From a virus (lineage: Duplodnaviria > Caudoviricetes), in the IMG/VR virus record IMGVR_UViG_3300045972_000408, positions 1-61,612 of that record: a DNA stretch of 61,612 bases. One strand, 5' to 3'. Each line of letters opens with the position of its first letter. Positions within the stretch are counted from its first letter, which is position 1. Of this stretch, positions 1 to 9,280 are shown one piece after another. Made by a program: the position numbers and the translations under genes. The notes beneath the pieces are model-generated. The model was not told the origin of the DNA and made no database searches. It saw nothing but the letters and a program-made list of their open reading frames with translations.

Positions 1-62
1 CCGGTTAGCGCACTAGTCTGGGGGACTAGGGGTCGTGGGTTCGAATCCCGCCACTCCGACCA
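1..62 (+). tRNA. tRNA-Pro(GGG), 5'-truncated by window edge; prophage attachment site
   Basis: Anticodon arm CTAGT-CTGGGGG-ACTAG, T-arm GTGGG-TTCGAAT-CCCGC, ends ACTCCGACCA. Confidence 0.95.
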
Positions 63-85
63 TTCATCTTATTGATATTGCTGAT

Positions 86-117
86 AAAAAGCCGCGCCCC
101 TTGGGACGCGGTTTTTT
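86..117 (+). terminator. Intrinsic terminator after tRNA
   Basis: AAAAAGCCGCG...CGCGGTTTTTT hairpin with T tract. Confidence 0.8.
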
Positions 118-166
118 GATGAAATGGAACAAAACAGCCCCGAATCACCGAATTTGGCGCAAAAAG

Positions 167-188
167 TCCCGAAGTTTTCCCGAAGTTT
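167..188. repeat. Tandem 11-bp direct repeat, putative integrase arm-type sites
   Basis: TCCCGAAGTTT x2 about 105 bp from the tRNA 3' end. Confidence 0.6.
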
Positions 189-203
189 GTTCGCGGGATG
201 TTC
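189..203. promoter_or_regulatory. Alphaproteobacterial LexA box
   Basis: GTTC-GCGGGAT-GTTC matches GTTC-N7-GTTC. Confidence 0.55.
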
Positions 204-393
204 ACGGAGCAGATAGCGCCCATGCGATCTTTTGCGCGACCTCAAGCGCTTCGGGTTCCGTCAGGCGGTTTGTACTGTTCCTGCGCGCCGCTTCGTCCTC
301 GAAATAGACGTAGGCGAGGTTTCGGCCTTCGGCATCAATGATCCCGAAAGATTCTGGATGGTGTATGATTTTGAGGGGCGGTGTGATCGGCAT
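202..393 (-). CDS. Small hypothetical protein
   Basis: MPITPP...DAEGRNLAYVYFEDEAARR...LTEPEA; resembles a recurrent small alphaproteobacterial protein. Confidence 0.65.
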   Translation of the reverse strand: MPITPPLKIIHHPESFGIIDAEGRNLAYVYFEDEAARRNSTNRLTEPEALEVAQKIAWALSAP

Positions 394-539
394 GGACGCA
401 ATCCTACAGCTCCCCCGCCCATGCAAAAAGCGCCGAATTCATCGGATCGCGAGGTGCTTTTGCAAAAATTATGAATATTATAGTTGACACATCACACTCT
501 CAAGGTAGATTCGGCCACAGCCACAGAGGGAGTGAACCC

Positions 540-947
540 ATGATCAATTTTAGGGCGGCTGTTCTAGTTAGCCTCATTTTTTATACTATTGAATCTTATG
601 CCCAAGACGTACTTGTAAACTTGGAAACCAGCTCAGATCACCAGTCGTTAGTAATAAACAGCGCAAAGCCTGTAACCCAGATACAGTTTTCTGGGGAGGC
701 GCTAGATTCGGCGATTTCACAGATTGGGCAAATAAGAGCGCATATTACGCCGCCGATACCACAAGACCCAATGAATACTAAGGTAACTAGCCCAGGGCTA
801 CTCGATGTTACGCCTGATCCTGATCACAAAGGAGTTGTCGTGGCGGTATTTAATCCAGGGTTCGGCTGGATTGGCTCTCATATCACTATTAGTGAGGCAA
901 AGAGCCTAGACGAAAACCTGCAAAAGCTTTTGAGGGCCTTGCAATAA
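540..947 (+). CDS. AT-rich exported hypothetical protein (moron)
   Basis: GGGAG RBS, N-terminal hydrophobic signal-like segment ending SYA, low GC. Confidence 0.65.
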   Translation: MINFRAAVLVSLIFYTIESYAQDVLVNLETSSDHQSLVINSAKPVTQIQFSGEALDSAISQIGQIRAHITPPIPQDPMNTKVTSPGLLDVTPDPDHKGVVVAVFNPGFGWIGSHITISEAKSLDENLQKLLRALQ

Positions 948-994
948 TCGCATCATAATCGGCAAAGATCGCGGCGGCGCCAGCGTCGCGGCGA

Positions 995-2137
995 TCACGC
1001 AATTTTTGGCTTTTTCGTTTTAGCCTTTTTTCGGCGCCGGGCTCTCGCTTGGGCGGCCGCTTCCATTCCCGCTGCGACCTCGTCGTCCAGCACGTGGGCG
1101 TATTTGGTTGTCGTCTCAATTTTTGAATGGCCGAGGGCTTTCTGGACGAGTTTCAAGTTGCCTGTCGTTCGCAGGAGATTCGTTGCAAAGTCGTGGCGGG
1201 TGTCATGGAAGCGCAAGTCGGCAGGGAGTGCTGCTCCGGATTTGCGCAGGCGGGCGCGCCGCCAAATGGTTTTGAGTCCCGATGTCGTCACTGGGTAGAA
1301 TTGGCCTTTGATTCGGGCTCCTTCGCCGTTCGGTGATTCTTGACGGTTGCGCGCGGCTTTGTATGCAAAGACATAGTCGGTCGGGTTTTTCATCGCGACC
1401 GAGAGGATGGCGCGCATTTCGCTCGTCACGGGCTTGCGAATCGGCTTGTCACCCTTTCCAGTCGTCCAGATCGCTGCGCCAACGAGATCGACCTGCTCTT
1501 TCTTCAGCAGACATTCGGCCATGCGTAGGCCGCTGGCCCGGGCGAAGGCGACGACGGCGCGATATTCTTCCCGAATCGCCGCGTCAATCTGCTCTTCCTC
1601 GTGCGGCCGGACCTCTCTGACGCGTTCGATGGGCTCTTTGAGGATATGGACCTTCCAGTCGGGCTCGCGCACGAACTTCATTCCCCAAGCTCTCTTGGCG
1701 CGGTTGAATAGTTTTTGCAGCGGCTCGATGGTTGAACGATTGACCGTCGCGGGCTCCAGCAGCTTGGCTTTTTTTCTGCCCTTGACCGTCTGGCCGCGCC
1801 GCCATGCCACAAGGGCCGCGACGTCCTGATCCTTGATGTCGTCGAGGCGCCTGGCCGGGCCGAAATAAAGCACCAGGCGCTTCAAGTTCGCCATGGTCGT
1901 TTTTGGGGCGGCGTGGTGCTGGCCGACTTCGATCCAATAGCGATCGGCGGCGAGGTCCATTGTGACGGGATCGGCTTTGCCGGCGGCGACCTCGGCGCGC
2001 GCGCGCGTCTTGGCCTCATCCTCTACCGCCTTGGCCTTTCGTTTGTCTGTGCACTCAGTCGAGCCATGAAACCGACGACCACCGATCCGGAAGTCGAAGT
2101 GGTAGAAAGCCGAGGCTTGGTGCTTGTAGAGGGACAT
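995..2137 (-). CDS. int: Tyrosine integrase
   Basis: SGLR, FHDTRH, LGH..IETTTKY catalytic motifs. Confidence 0.97.
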   Translation of the reverse strand: MSLYKHQASAFYHFDFRIGGRRFHGSTECTDKRKAKAVEDEAKTRARAEVAAGKADPVTMDLAADRYWIEVGQHHAAPKTTMANLKRLVLYFGPARRLDDIKDQDVAALVAWRRGQTVKGRKKAKLLEPATVNRSTIEPLQKLFNRAKRAWGMKFVREPDWKVHILKEPIERVREVRPHEEEQIDAAIREEYRAVVAFARASGLRMAECLLKKEQVDLVGAAIWTTGKGDKPIRKPVTSEMRAILSVAMKNPTDYVFAYKAARNRQESPNGEGARIKGQFYPVTTSGLKTIWRRARLRKSGAALPADLRFHDTRHDFATNLLRTTGNLKLVQKALGHSKIETTTKYAHVLDDEVAAGMEAAAQARARRRKKAKTKKPKIA

Positions 2138-2319
2138 ATCGTTTCTTTCCGCCGAAGCTTGAAGTCTTCGAGGTCAGCCCGATCGAAGGCCATGCGGCGA
2201 TATTTCTTGCCGCGACCGATATTAATGAAGGTGATAGTGCCGTCGGCGACATGGCCGCGCAAGGTTTTCACAGAAATGCCGAGTTCTTGCGCCGCCTGGG
2301 CGGGCGAAAGTGTGCTCAT
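2023..2319 (-). CDS. HTH excisionase
   Basis: LSPAQAAQELGISVKTL MerR-like HTH, overlaps int start. Confidence 0.85.
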   Translation of the reverse strand: MSTLSPAQAAQELGISVKTLRGHVADGTITFINIGRGKKYRRMAFDRADLEDFKLRRKETICPSTSTKPRLSTTSTSGSVVVGFMARLSAQTNERPRR

Positions 2320-2960
2320 GGCGCGCCCCAGATGGTCTTGAAATTGGTGTCGAAACGGTCGCAGACGCCCGGTCCGCGCAAAAGGATCAAATCATTGTCC
2401 TGTTGCTTGAGGCCGCTCGCGCTGAAATTCGCCCCGCCGGTGCGAAGGGTCCGTTCGTCGATGCAGTAGGATTTCAGGTGCATCAGCGTGTGGTCATCCG
2501 CCTTGAAGCGAATCTCGACATTGCGGCTTTCGTTCAGCTTCCCGAGCGCCTCCTTCGGGCGTCCAAATGGCTCGGGGCCGCTGGAATCGCGATAGACGCG
2601 GATCTTGACGCCGCGTCCCGCCGCTGCGGTCAGGGCCTCAATGACGGCGACGTCGGTGAGGACATAGGCCGCCATGTCTATTTTTTCGCGCGCGGCCGTG
2701 AGTTGCGCGACGTCGATCTTTTCGAGGTTTTCGGTTGGGGCGTAATGGGTCTCGACTGTCAGCGGATCGGCCTGCGCCGCGCCGGCGGCTGCAAAAGCGA
2801 GGATTGTGGCGATCTGGATAGGCATGCGGGCCTTCATGATCTGTTCGTCCATGTCGAGCAGGGTTTCATAACGAGGGCCCGGCGGCCTGCGATTGGTTTG
2901 GCGCGGCGGGTTGAGGACGATAACGAACCAGCCAAAGACGGCAAAGGCGAGAAGTGGCAT
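2316..2960 (-). CDS. Phospholipase D-family (Nuc-like) nuclease, probably exported
   Basis: Single HLKSYCID (HxKxxxxD) plus GGANFS; hydrophobic/signal segments before catalytic domain; alternative start 2825. Confidence 0.9.
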   Translation of the reverse strand: MPLLAFAVFGWFVIVLNPPRQTNRRPPGPRYETLLDMDEQIMKARMPIQIATILAFAAAGAAQADPLTVETHYAPTENLEKIDVAQLTAAREKIDMAAYVLTDVAVIEALTAAAGRGVKIRVYRDSSGPEPFGRPKEALGKLNESRNVEIRFKADDHTLMHLKSYCIDERTLRTGGANFSASGLKQQDNDLILLRGPGVCDRFDTNFKTIWGAP

Positions 2961-2966
2961 GGCTGG

Positions 2967-4757
2967 TCACTCCGCTGCGAAAAGGGTTGCGATCGGCTCG
3001 CTCACGGGCTGGCGCTTGCGCGTCGTCGCGCGACACTCGTCCGGGGTGTAGTTCGCGGCGACAAGGGCCTTGGCCATGACGGGGCTGACGCTGTTGCCGC
3101 ACATGCGGACGGAGGCCGTTCCGGTCAGCTTTGTGCCGTCCGGGCGGCGGTCGATGACGTAGGAATCGGGGAAGCCCTGCGCGCGGAAAAGTTCGCGCGG
3201 ACGCAACATTCGCATGCCGATGTCGACGATCTCATAGGGCTCGCCGTGGACCATCACGAGGCCGAAGCGGTCGCGGGTCGGGACGGTATGCATCGGCTCG
3301 GCCGGGCTGACGCCGTCCTTGTCGTTGCCGTAATATTTGACCAGGAAGGCGCGCACCTCGGCGCTATGCGTCCCTTGCGCCGTCACGGTCGGATGCGGCG
3401 TCTCGATATCGCTGGCGCGGCGATCCGAGCCCTTGAGGCTCAAGAGGTGCGCCGAAACGACGCCCTGTTGCGCGCCGGTCGCGGTGACCGTCGAGACCGG
3501 TTCGTCCGCCGGTCGCGAGCCGGGGCATTTGCCGCCATTGTGCTGGGCGAGGAAGGCCGCGACGACGCCATGACGCGGCGCGCCAGCCATGACGGTGTGA
3601 AGGGGTTCGTCCGGCAGGTGGCCGACTGAGTTCTCGCTGAACTTGGTCAGGTGGACGGCGGCGAGGACAGAATCGGCCTTGGCCGTCACTGTCTGCAACG
3701 GCTCGTCCGCCGATCGTGGGCGCGATTGGCCGGCGCGACCGCCGCAACCGGCGATGACAGGAACAATGATCGCGTTCTGATCTTTTTTCGACGCCGTGAC
3801 GGTATGCAGGGGCGCATCGGCGGGGCGCGTCGCGCCGCCCTGCTGAGCATAGGTGACGACCGGGACGACGAGGCCGTGCGCGATCCCGCCGCCCGTAACC
3901 GTGCCGAGCGGCTCTTCCATCGGATACTCGCGGCGGCCGCCGGAAAACCCGTGCGCGACCGAAATAATAAACGGCTCGGCCGCGTCGATGACATAGCGCT
4001 GCACGCCCTTGGCGATGCGGGCCATCGTCGCCTCGGCCAGCGGGCGGTTGACGCCGACGGCGCGGCCTTCCTCTTTGGTCAAAAAGATTGAATGGCAGGG
4101 CAGCGTCCAGTCGATGATTTCTGCCGCGGTGCGCCAAGGCTGGAGCTTGCCGCTCTTGACCTCTTCGGATTTCGGATTGCCGTGCGTCGGCGTCGGCCAG
4201 ACGATGGGGCGGCCGTCGCAGCGGGCGACCAGAAACAGGCGCTTGCGGATGGTGGGCGCGCCATAGTCGCAGGCGCGCAGCTCGCGCCACTCGACCTTGT
4301 AGCCGAGCTTTTTGAACTCGCCGACCCATTTGCGGAAGGTCTCGCCCCGACGCCCAGCTGCGGGCCTATCTGTTTCGTCGAGCGGACACCAGTCCTGAAA
4401 CTCTTCGACGTTTTCGAGCAGGATCACGCGCGGGCGGCGCCGTTGCGCCCATAGTACGACAACCCACGCCAGGTCGCGGATGTTGCGCGACAGCGGCTTG
4501 CCGCCCTTGGCCTTGGAGTGGTGCTTGCAGTCCGGCGAGAACCAGGCGAGGCCGATTTGGCGGCCCGGCATGACCTCGTCGGGATCGATCTGCCAGATGT
4601 TCGAATTCAGGTGCAGGGTATCTGGGTGATTGACCTCGTGCATGGCGATGGCGTCGGCGTCGTGGTTGATCGCGACATCCGGCGAGCGTCCGAGCGCCAT
4701 TTCGATGCCGGTCGAGGCCCCGCCCCCGCCGGCGAAGGAATCGATGATGATTTCCAT
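2967..4757 (-). CDS. DNA cytosine-5 methyltransferase
   Basis: FAGGGG, SPDC, ENV, RKRLF, GNSV motifs. Confidence 0.95.
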   Translation of the reverse strand: MEIIIDSFAGGGGASTGIEMALGRSPDVAINHDADAIAMHEVNHPDTLHLNSNIWQIDPDEVMPGRQIGLAWFSPDCKHHSKAKGGKPLSRNIRDLAWVVVLWAQRRRPRVILLENVEEFQDWCPLDETDRPAAGRRGETFRKWVGEFKKLGYKVEWRELRACDYGAPTIRKRLFLVARCDGRPIVWPTPTHGNPKSEEVKSGKLQPWRTAAEIIDWTLPCHSIFLTKEEGRAVGVNRPLAEATMARIAKGVQRYVIDAAEPFIISVAHGFSGGRREYPMEEPLGTVTGGGIAHGLVVPVVTYAQQGGATRPADAPLHTVTASKKDQNAIIVPVIAGCGGRAGQSRPRSADEPLQTVTAKADSVLAAVHLTKFSENSVGHLPDEPLHTVMAGAPRHGVVAAFLAQHNGGKCPGSRPADEPVSTVTATGAQQGVVSAHLLSLKGSDRRASDIETPHPTVTAQGTHSAEVRAFLVKYYGNDKDGVSPAEPMHTVPTRDRFGLVMVHGEPYEIVDIGMRMLRPRELFRAQGFPDSYVIDRRPDGTKLTGTASVRMCGNSVSPVMAKALVAANYTPDECRATTRKRQPVSEPIATLFAAE

Positions 4758-5134
4758 CAGCGCGCCTCCGCCAAGAGGTCGGGCATGGGCGGCATCTCAT
4801 CCTTCTTGCGCCAGCTTTTGAAGAGCGTCTCGGTGGGTGTGACGATCGAGAACGACCCCTGGCAGAGCCTGACGCGCAACCGCTCGGCCAGCGTCTCCGC
4901 ATGGCCCATGATCTCGTGCGGCGTTCTTGGAAAGCGCGGATAATTGATCATGCCGACGCGCACGCCGACCTCTTCGCCACCTGTGTAAATGAAAGAGACC
5001 GGCTCGACGGTCACGCAAAACCCGACCTCGGCGCAATATTCGCGACAAACCTGCTTCGCCTGCTCAAGCGATCCGCCGATATAGATTTGCGCCGTAAACG
5101 TGTCGGCGCGCAAAAGCGCGGTTATGGCAGTCAT
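4757..5134 (-). CDS. Phage hypothetical protein
   Basis: Coupled to neighbours; YTGGEE.G..VG.INYPRFP motif. Confidence 0.75.
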   Translation of the reverse strand: MTAITALLRADTFTAQIYIGGSLEQAKQVCREYCAEVGFCVTVEPVSFIYTGGEEVGVRVGMINYPRFPRTPHEIMGHAETLAERLRVRLCQGSFSIVTPTETLFKSWRKKDEMPPMPDLLAEAR

Positions 5135-6344
5135 GATCCAAGCAACTCCCTGAAAATGATTGGTTGGACGGTGCCGTCCTGATTGACCGTATCGAGCCAC
5201 GATCCCGCGTTCGGCTCGTCTCCGGTCCATTTGTCGGGAAATGTGCGCGCCTCGATCAATTCCCGGATGCGCCGCTCTTCTTCGGCGTTGATGAGGTCGA
5301 CGCTGGCGCGCTCTTGAATATCGAGGATGATTTCCAGCGCCTCGGTTCGCGCCGCCAGGGTCAGCGGGCCCATGCGTTGCGGGTTTTTGGCGATTGTGCC
5401 GTCCTTCAATCGCTCGACGCCGGACTTGCGCAGGCGTTGGCGCGGCTCGCGCATCCAGCGATAAATCGGCTTCAATTCGAGAAGCGGCGCGAGATGCGCC
5501 CATTGCGGCAGGGCAATGACCGCCTTCAGCGCCGTGTCATCGGACGCGAGCGGGCATCCGACGCAACCGGTCCGGGCGTTGATCTCTTCCGCTTCGTCGC
5601 CGCCATAGGCGTCGGCAAGGATGCGCGTCGGCCAGCCGCCGAATTCGGGCTGCGGCGCATAGATTTTGAGCCAGTCCCAGACGATGCAGACGCGCCAATG
5701 GAGGATCGGGGCCAGTGTCGCGATGCGGCCTCTGATGCCTTTCGCGTCGGGAAGAACCTTTTGATACCACCCTGGCCGCATTCGGCGCCGTCCTTCGAAC
5801 AGGACATGGCGATGCGCCCGTCGCGGACCGCGCTTTCGCCTTCGCGGACGCCGGTAATCATCAGCGCTATGCCGGGAAGGTTGGCGATCGCGGATCCGAG
5901 CGCCGCCGACATGGGGTCGACCTTGATCTGGCGCGTACACCAGCGGAGCGTGTTGTTGTTCGGCGGCGGAACGCCTCGGCCAAGGATGTAGACCAGAAAT
6001 CGCTTGTCGAGCGGCGCGCGAACGACCTTCACCTCGATCCATGCGCGCTCGCGCAGTTTCGCCATGATGGCGTTTGCCGCTTCCTGCAGCGGCGGCAGCT
6101 CCAGGCGGGTGTCGGCGTAAAACACATAGAGCCGCTCGGGCTGGGGCAGTTCGCCGGCCTCGATGAGGTGGACGAGAAGGGTCAGCGTGGCCGTGCTGTC
6201 CTTGCCGCCCGACCATGCGATGGCGATGTGATTGTGCTGACCCCAGTAGGCGCGCAGCGACGCCAGCGTGAGTTCGACGGCCTCCTGGTGGACCATGCGC
6301 GCGCCTGCCGCGAAGAGGCTGGTTGTCGCCTGCCGGGCGGCCAT
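5131..6344 (-). pseudogene. DndC-like PAPS reductase family protein, single-base frameshift near 5771
   Basis: SGGKDS, RWCT..IK..P, GVR..ES..R in one frame; WYQ..., RTGCVGC in the other; join at CAG GG TGG. Confidence 0.85.
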
Positions 6345-6979
6345 CAGCGCGGCTCCGAAGCAGAGGATGCTTTGCGAGCGTCGATCTCGGACGCGCATTG
6401 CATCAGGGCCGCGAGTTTGTCGGGGTTGTTGGCGAGCCAGCGGATGGATTCCGCCGCGCCGGCAAGGACATGGTTGACCAGCGTCTGATCGAGCGGGTTG
6501 CTGCGGTAGCCGACGGCATTGAGCCAGTGGCAATGGTGCGTGTTGTGCTGGATTTTCCGCGCGGCGAAAAAGAGGGCGGCGACGGTCGAACTCTGGTTGG
6601 CCGCCTCGGCTTTTCGCGCGCGGTCGAGCAGTCGATTGTTGCTGGCCTGCAGGTCGCTGTTCTGGCGTTCGAGTTCGACAGTGCGGTGCGCGCTGATGTT
6701 GGCGAGATTGGCGGAAGCGGCGATCGTGCTTTTGTCCGCGTCGGACAGGCGAAGGACGGTGCGAAACTTATCGACGTCACGCAATTTGCCGACGACTGCG
6801 GTTTCGCCTCTTCGCCAGGCAACGAATGCGCGCAGCCTTTCGAGTTCCAGCCGAATCGGCCCAAATTCATAAAGCCATTGACGGTCGCTCTCGATCTCAA
6901 CGAGCAGCGCCTTCAGGGCGTCGGCGTCGCCGGCCATTTGCGGCGCCAATTTCCGGGCAAGCCAGGTGCGGATCGTCAT
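6344..6979 (-). CDS. Hypothetical coiled-coil protein
   Basis: TGATG coupling at both ends. Confidence 0.7.
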   Translation of the reverse strand: MTIRTWLARKLAPQMAGDADALKALLVEIESDRQWLYEFGPIRLELERLRAFVAWRRGETAVVGKLRDVDKFRTVLRLSDADKSTIAASANLANISAHRTVELERQNSDLQASNNRLLDRARKAEAANQSSTVAALFFAARKIQHNTHHCHWLNAVGYRSNPLDQTLVNHVLAGAAESIRWLANNPDKLAALMQCASEIDARKASSASEPR

Positions 6980-7479
6980 CAGCGCCACTCCATCGCGAAG
7001 GGGATGTCGTCGTCGAGGCCGCTCGATCCGGAATAGCCGCCGCCGCTGGGCGGGGCCGGGTCGCGCGCGATTGAATAGTCGCGCGTCGAGGTCGAGCCGT
7101 AACCTTCGGGATCGGGCGCGGGCTTTTGCGACGATTCGAGCAGGGTCAGTTCGCCGCGGAAGGCCTTGAGAACGACCTCGGTCGCCTTGCGCTGGTTGCC
7201 GTCTTTATCGGTGTATTCGCGCGTGCACATCGTGCCTTCGAGGTAGCAGCGCGCGCCTTTCTTCAGATATTGCTCGGCGATCTTGCCGAGGCCTTCGTTG
7301 AAGACGACGATGTTGTGCCATTCGGTGCGCTGCTTGCGCTCGCCGGTGGCCTTGTCGCGCCAGCTTTCGTCCGTCGCGAGGCTGAACGTCACCACGCGAC
7401 CGCCGGTCTGGAGCGATCGGCCTTCGGGATCGCGGCCGAGGCGACCGATCAGGATGACTTTATTGACGCTGCCGCTCAT
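6979..7479 (-). CDS. ssb: Single-stranded DNA-binding protein
   Basis: SVNKVILIGRLGRDPE, TEWH, DDDIPF tail. Confidence 0.97.
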   Translation of the reverse strand: MSGSVNKVILIGRLGRDPEGRSLQTGGRVVTFSLATDESWRDKATGERKQRTEWHNIVVFNEGLGKIAEQYLKKGARCYLEGTMCTREYTDKDGNQRKATEVVLKAFRGELTLLESSQKPAPDPEGYGSTSTRDYSIARDPAPPSGGGYSGSSGLDDDIPFAMEWR

Positions 7480-7847
7480 GCCGCGTTCCTTTCGGGCTCG
7501 GGGGCGGCTTCCTTGTCGCGCTTGCGGAGGAGGATGGCGGCGAGGCCCTCTTCGCTTTCGACCACGCCGGACAGGGTCCAGCCGTTGGGAATTTCGGGGT
7601 TCCAGAGATCGATCGCGATGGCGGTTTCGCCGTCCTGATAGGCCAGCGCGCAGGGCGCGTTTTCCGGCTCGACGTCTTCCATGGCGATCCATCGGATGTC
7701 GAAGCCGTTTTCGCCAGCGATGTGGGTCGGGTTGCAGCCCTCGGTCGCGTAGTGGAACATCATCGGGCCAAAAGTCCCGTCGCCACTCACGACGATGGTG
7801 TCGGGCGCCGGGACATGGGTTGCGATCTTTTCGGAGGGGATTTTCAT
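7476..7847 (-). CDS. Hypothetical protein
   Basis: ATGA overlap with ssb, RBS. Confidence 0.7.
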   Translation of the reverse strand: MKIPSEKIATHVPAPDTIVVSGDGTFGPMMFHYATEGCNPTHIAGENGFDIRWIAMEDVEPENAPCALAYQDGETAIAIDLWNPEIPNGWTLSGVVESEEGLAAILLRKRDKEAAPEPERNAA

Positions 7848-7859
7848 GCTTCGGCTTCC

Positions 7860-8162
7860 TTATGGCTGGAGGGGTTGAGCGCGGTTGGCCGCGCGGGGCA
7901 GCATCGCAGCGCCGAGCGCGGTGAGGCGGATGGTGCTGGCCTGGGCGTGTTTGGCGATGAAGCCTTTTTTCGCCAGCGCCAGCACGTGGGTGCAAACGCA
8001 TCCTCGCGACGAGACTCCGACGTAAAAGCCGATTTCCTCATAGGAGGGGATAGCGCCGGCGGTTTGCAGATCGTCGATGACGGCGAGGATCTTGCCTTCC
8101 ATCGGCGTCAGGGGCGGAGGCAGCGGCCAATCCTTGCCGCAGTTGGGACAGGGCGCGTTCAT
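7860..8162 (-). CDS. LexA-type winged-HTH protein without peptidase domain
   Basis: CPNC then LT..E.KIL...PSYEEIG..VGVSS......LAKKGFI. Confidence 0.75.
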   Translation of the reverse strand: MNAPCPNCGKDWPLPPPLTPMEGKILAVIDDLQTAGAIPSYEEIGFYVGVSSRGCVCTHVLALAKKGFIAKHAQASTIRLTALGAAMLPRAANRAQPLQP

Positions 8163-9280
8163 GCCGGGAATTCCTTGTGTTGAACGCCATCGAGGAGGGA
8201 GCCCGCGCGGCGCTTGCCGACGCGGTACAGGCTTGCGCCGTTGGAAAATTCAAAAAGCTTGGGGCGAGCGAAGGGAATTTCGCCGTTATCGTCGCCGGTC
8301 CAAAGCCATTCGCCATGCTGCTTGAAGAAAAACGGGACGCCAGCCGCCGCGCATTGGTCGCGCAGCGCGCGCGGCCAGTCGGGGTGCATCGGGCGCGCGT
8401 GCGGGCCGCTTTCGCCGCCAGCTATGACCCAGTCGAGGCGCGTGTGCACATAAGGCTTCTGCGCAAAGCCGCGCCCGGTGTCTTCGAATTCGGTCCATTG
8501 GCCGTCTTCCAAAAACTCCTGCCACCACCATCCTGACAGCGCATTGACCCGCATGCGGTAGGTTGGTGTGTCCCTGAAATCGAGAAAGGCGTTCTCCGCA
8601 GGGTGAATGGCGGCGAGATCGATTTCGCCAAGTTGAGGCTCGACGCTGATGAACCGCTTCGCCGCAGGTATCGCCAGAATATCGGGGATGCGTTCGTCGG
8701 CGCGGGGTTGGTCTTCGACCGTACCGCCGGCCCAGATGCCCGGCGGCGGGTTTTCGGCTGAATAATCGTCGCAGGTCGCGCGGGCGTCGCCCTGGCGCCG
8801 GTTCAGCGGATCGCAGCGGTCAAGAACTTCCTGACCGGCGACGTCGTTGACTTCGTCCCAAAACCCGCCATCGTTCAGGAGCTTGCGGGCGCGCGCGGGG
8901 CGCTTGGTGAGCCATTGAAAGGTATGGCCGCGCAAATGATGTGCGGCGATCATGAGGCCGTAGATTTCGACGATTTTCCAATCTTCGACGGCCTGATGAA
9001 ACAGGTCAGACATGGAATTGACGAAGATGCGGCGCGGCTTTTTCCAGCGCAGCGGCATGTGAAGCGCGTAGTCGGGCGCGTGCGCGATCTTGCCGGTCCA
9101 GACCGGGCCGGCTTTGCTCGGCTGGGTCAGGCCGGCGTAATGGCCGGTCGGCTGCATGCGCTCGATCCGCGCGGCCTGCGCCATCGCGTAACAATTGGTG
9201 CAGGCCGGCGAGACGATGGAGCAGCCCGCGAGCGGGTTCCATGTGGCATCGGTCCATTCGATTCCGGTTTTATCGGCCAT
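8159..9280 (-). CDS. Phage Gp37/Gp68 (DUF5131) family protein
   Basis: IEWTDATWNP..GC..VS..CTNCYA, FVNSMSDLFH, GGESG, FFFKQ. Confidence 0.93.
   Translation of the reverse strand: MADKTGIEWTDATWNPLAGCSIVSPACTNCYAMAQAARIERMQPTGHYAGLTQPSKAGPVWTGKIAHAPDYALHMPLRWKKPRRIFVNSMSDLFHQAVEDWKIVEIYGLMIAAHHLRGHTFQWLTKRPARARKLLNDGGFWDEVNDVAGQEVLDRCDPLNRRQGDARATCDDYSAENPPPGIWAGGTVEDQPRADERIPDILAIPAAKRFISVEPQLGEIDLAAIHPAENAFLDFRDTPTYRMRVNALSGWWWQEFLEDGQWTEFEDTGRGFAQKPYVHTRLDWVIAGGESGPHARPMHPDWPRALRDQCAAAGVPFFFKQHGEWLWTGDDNGEIPFARPKLFEFSNGASLYRVGKRRAGSLLDGVQHKEFPA

Noticed and set aside
5131-6344. Complete Dnd phosphorothioation system
   Set aside because: No DndA/B/D/E or Ssp partners visible
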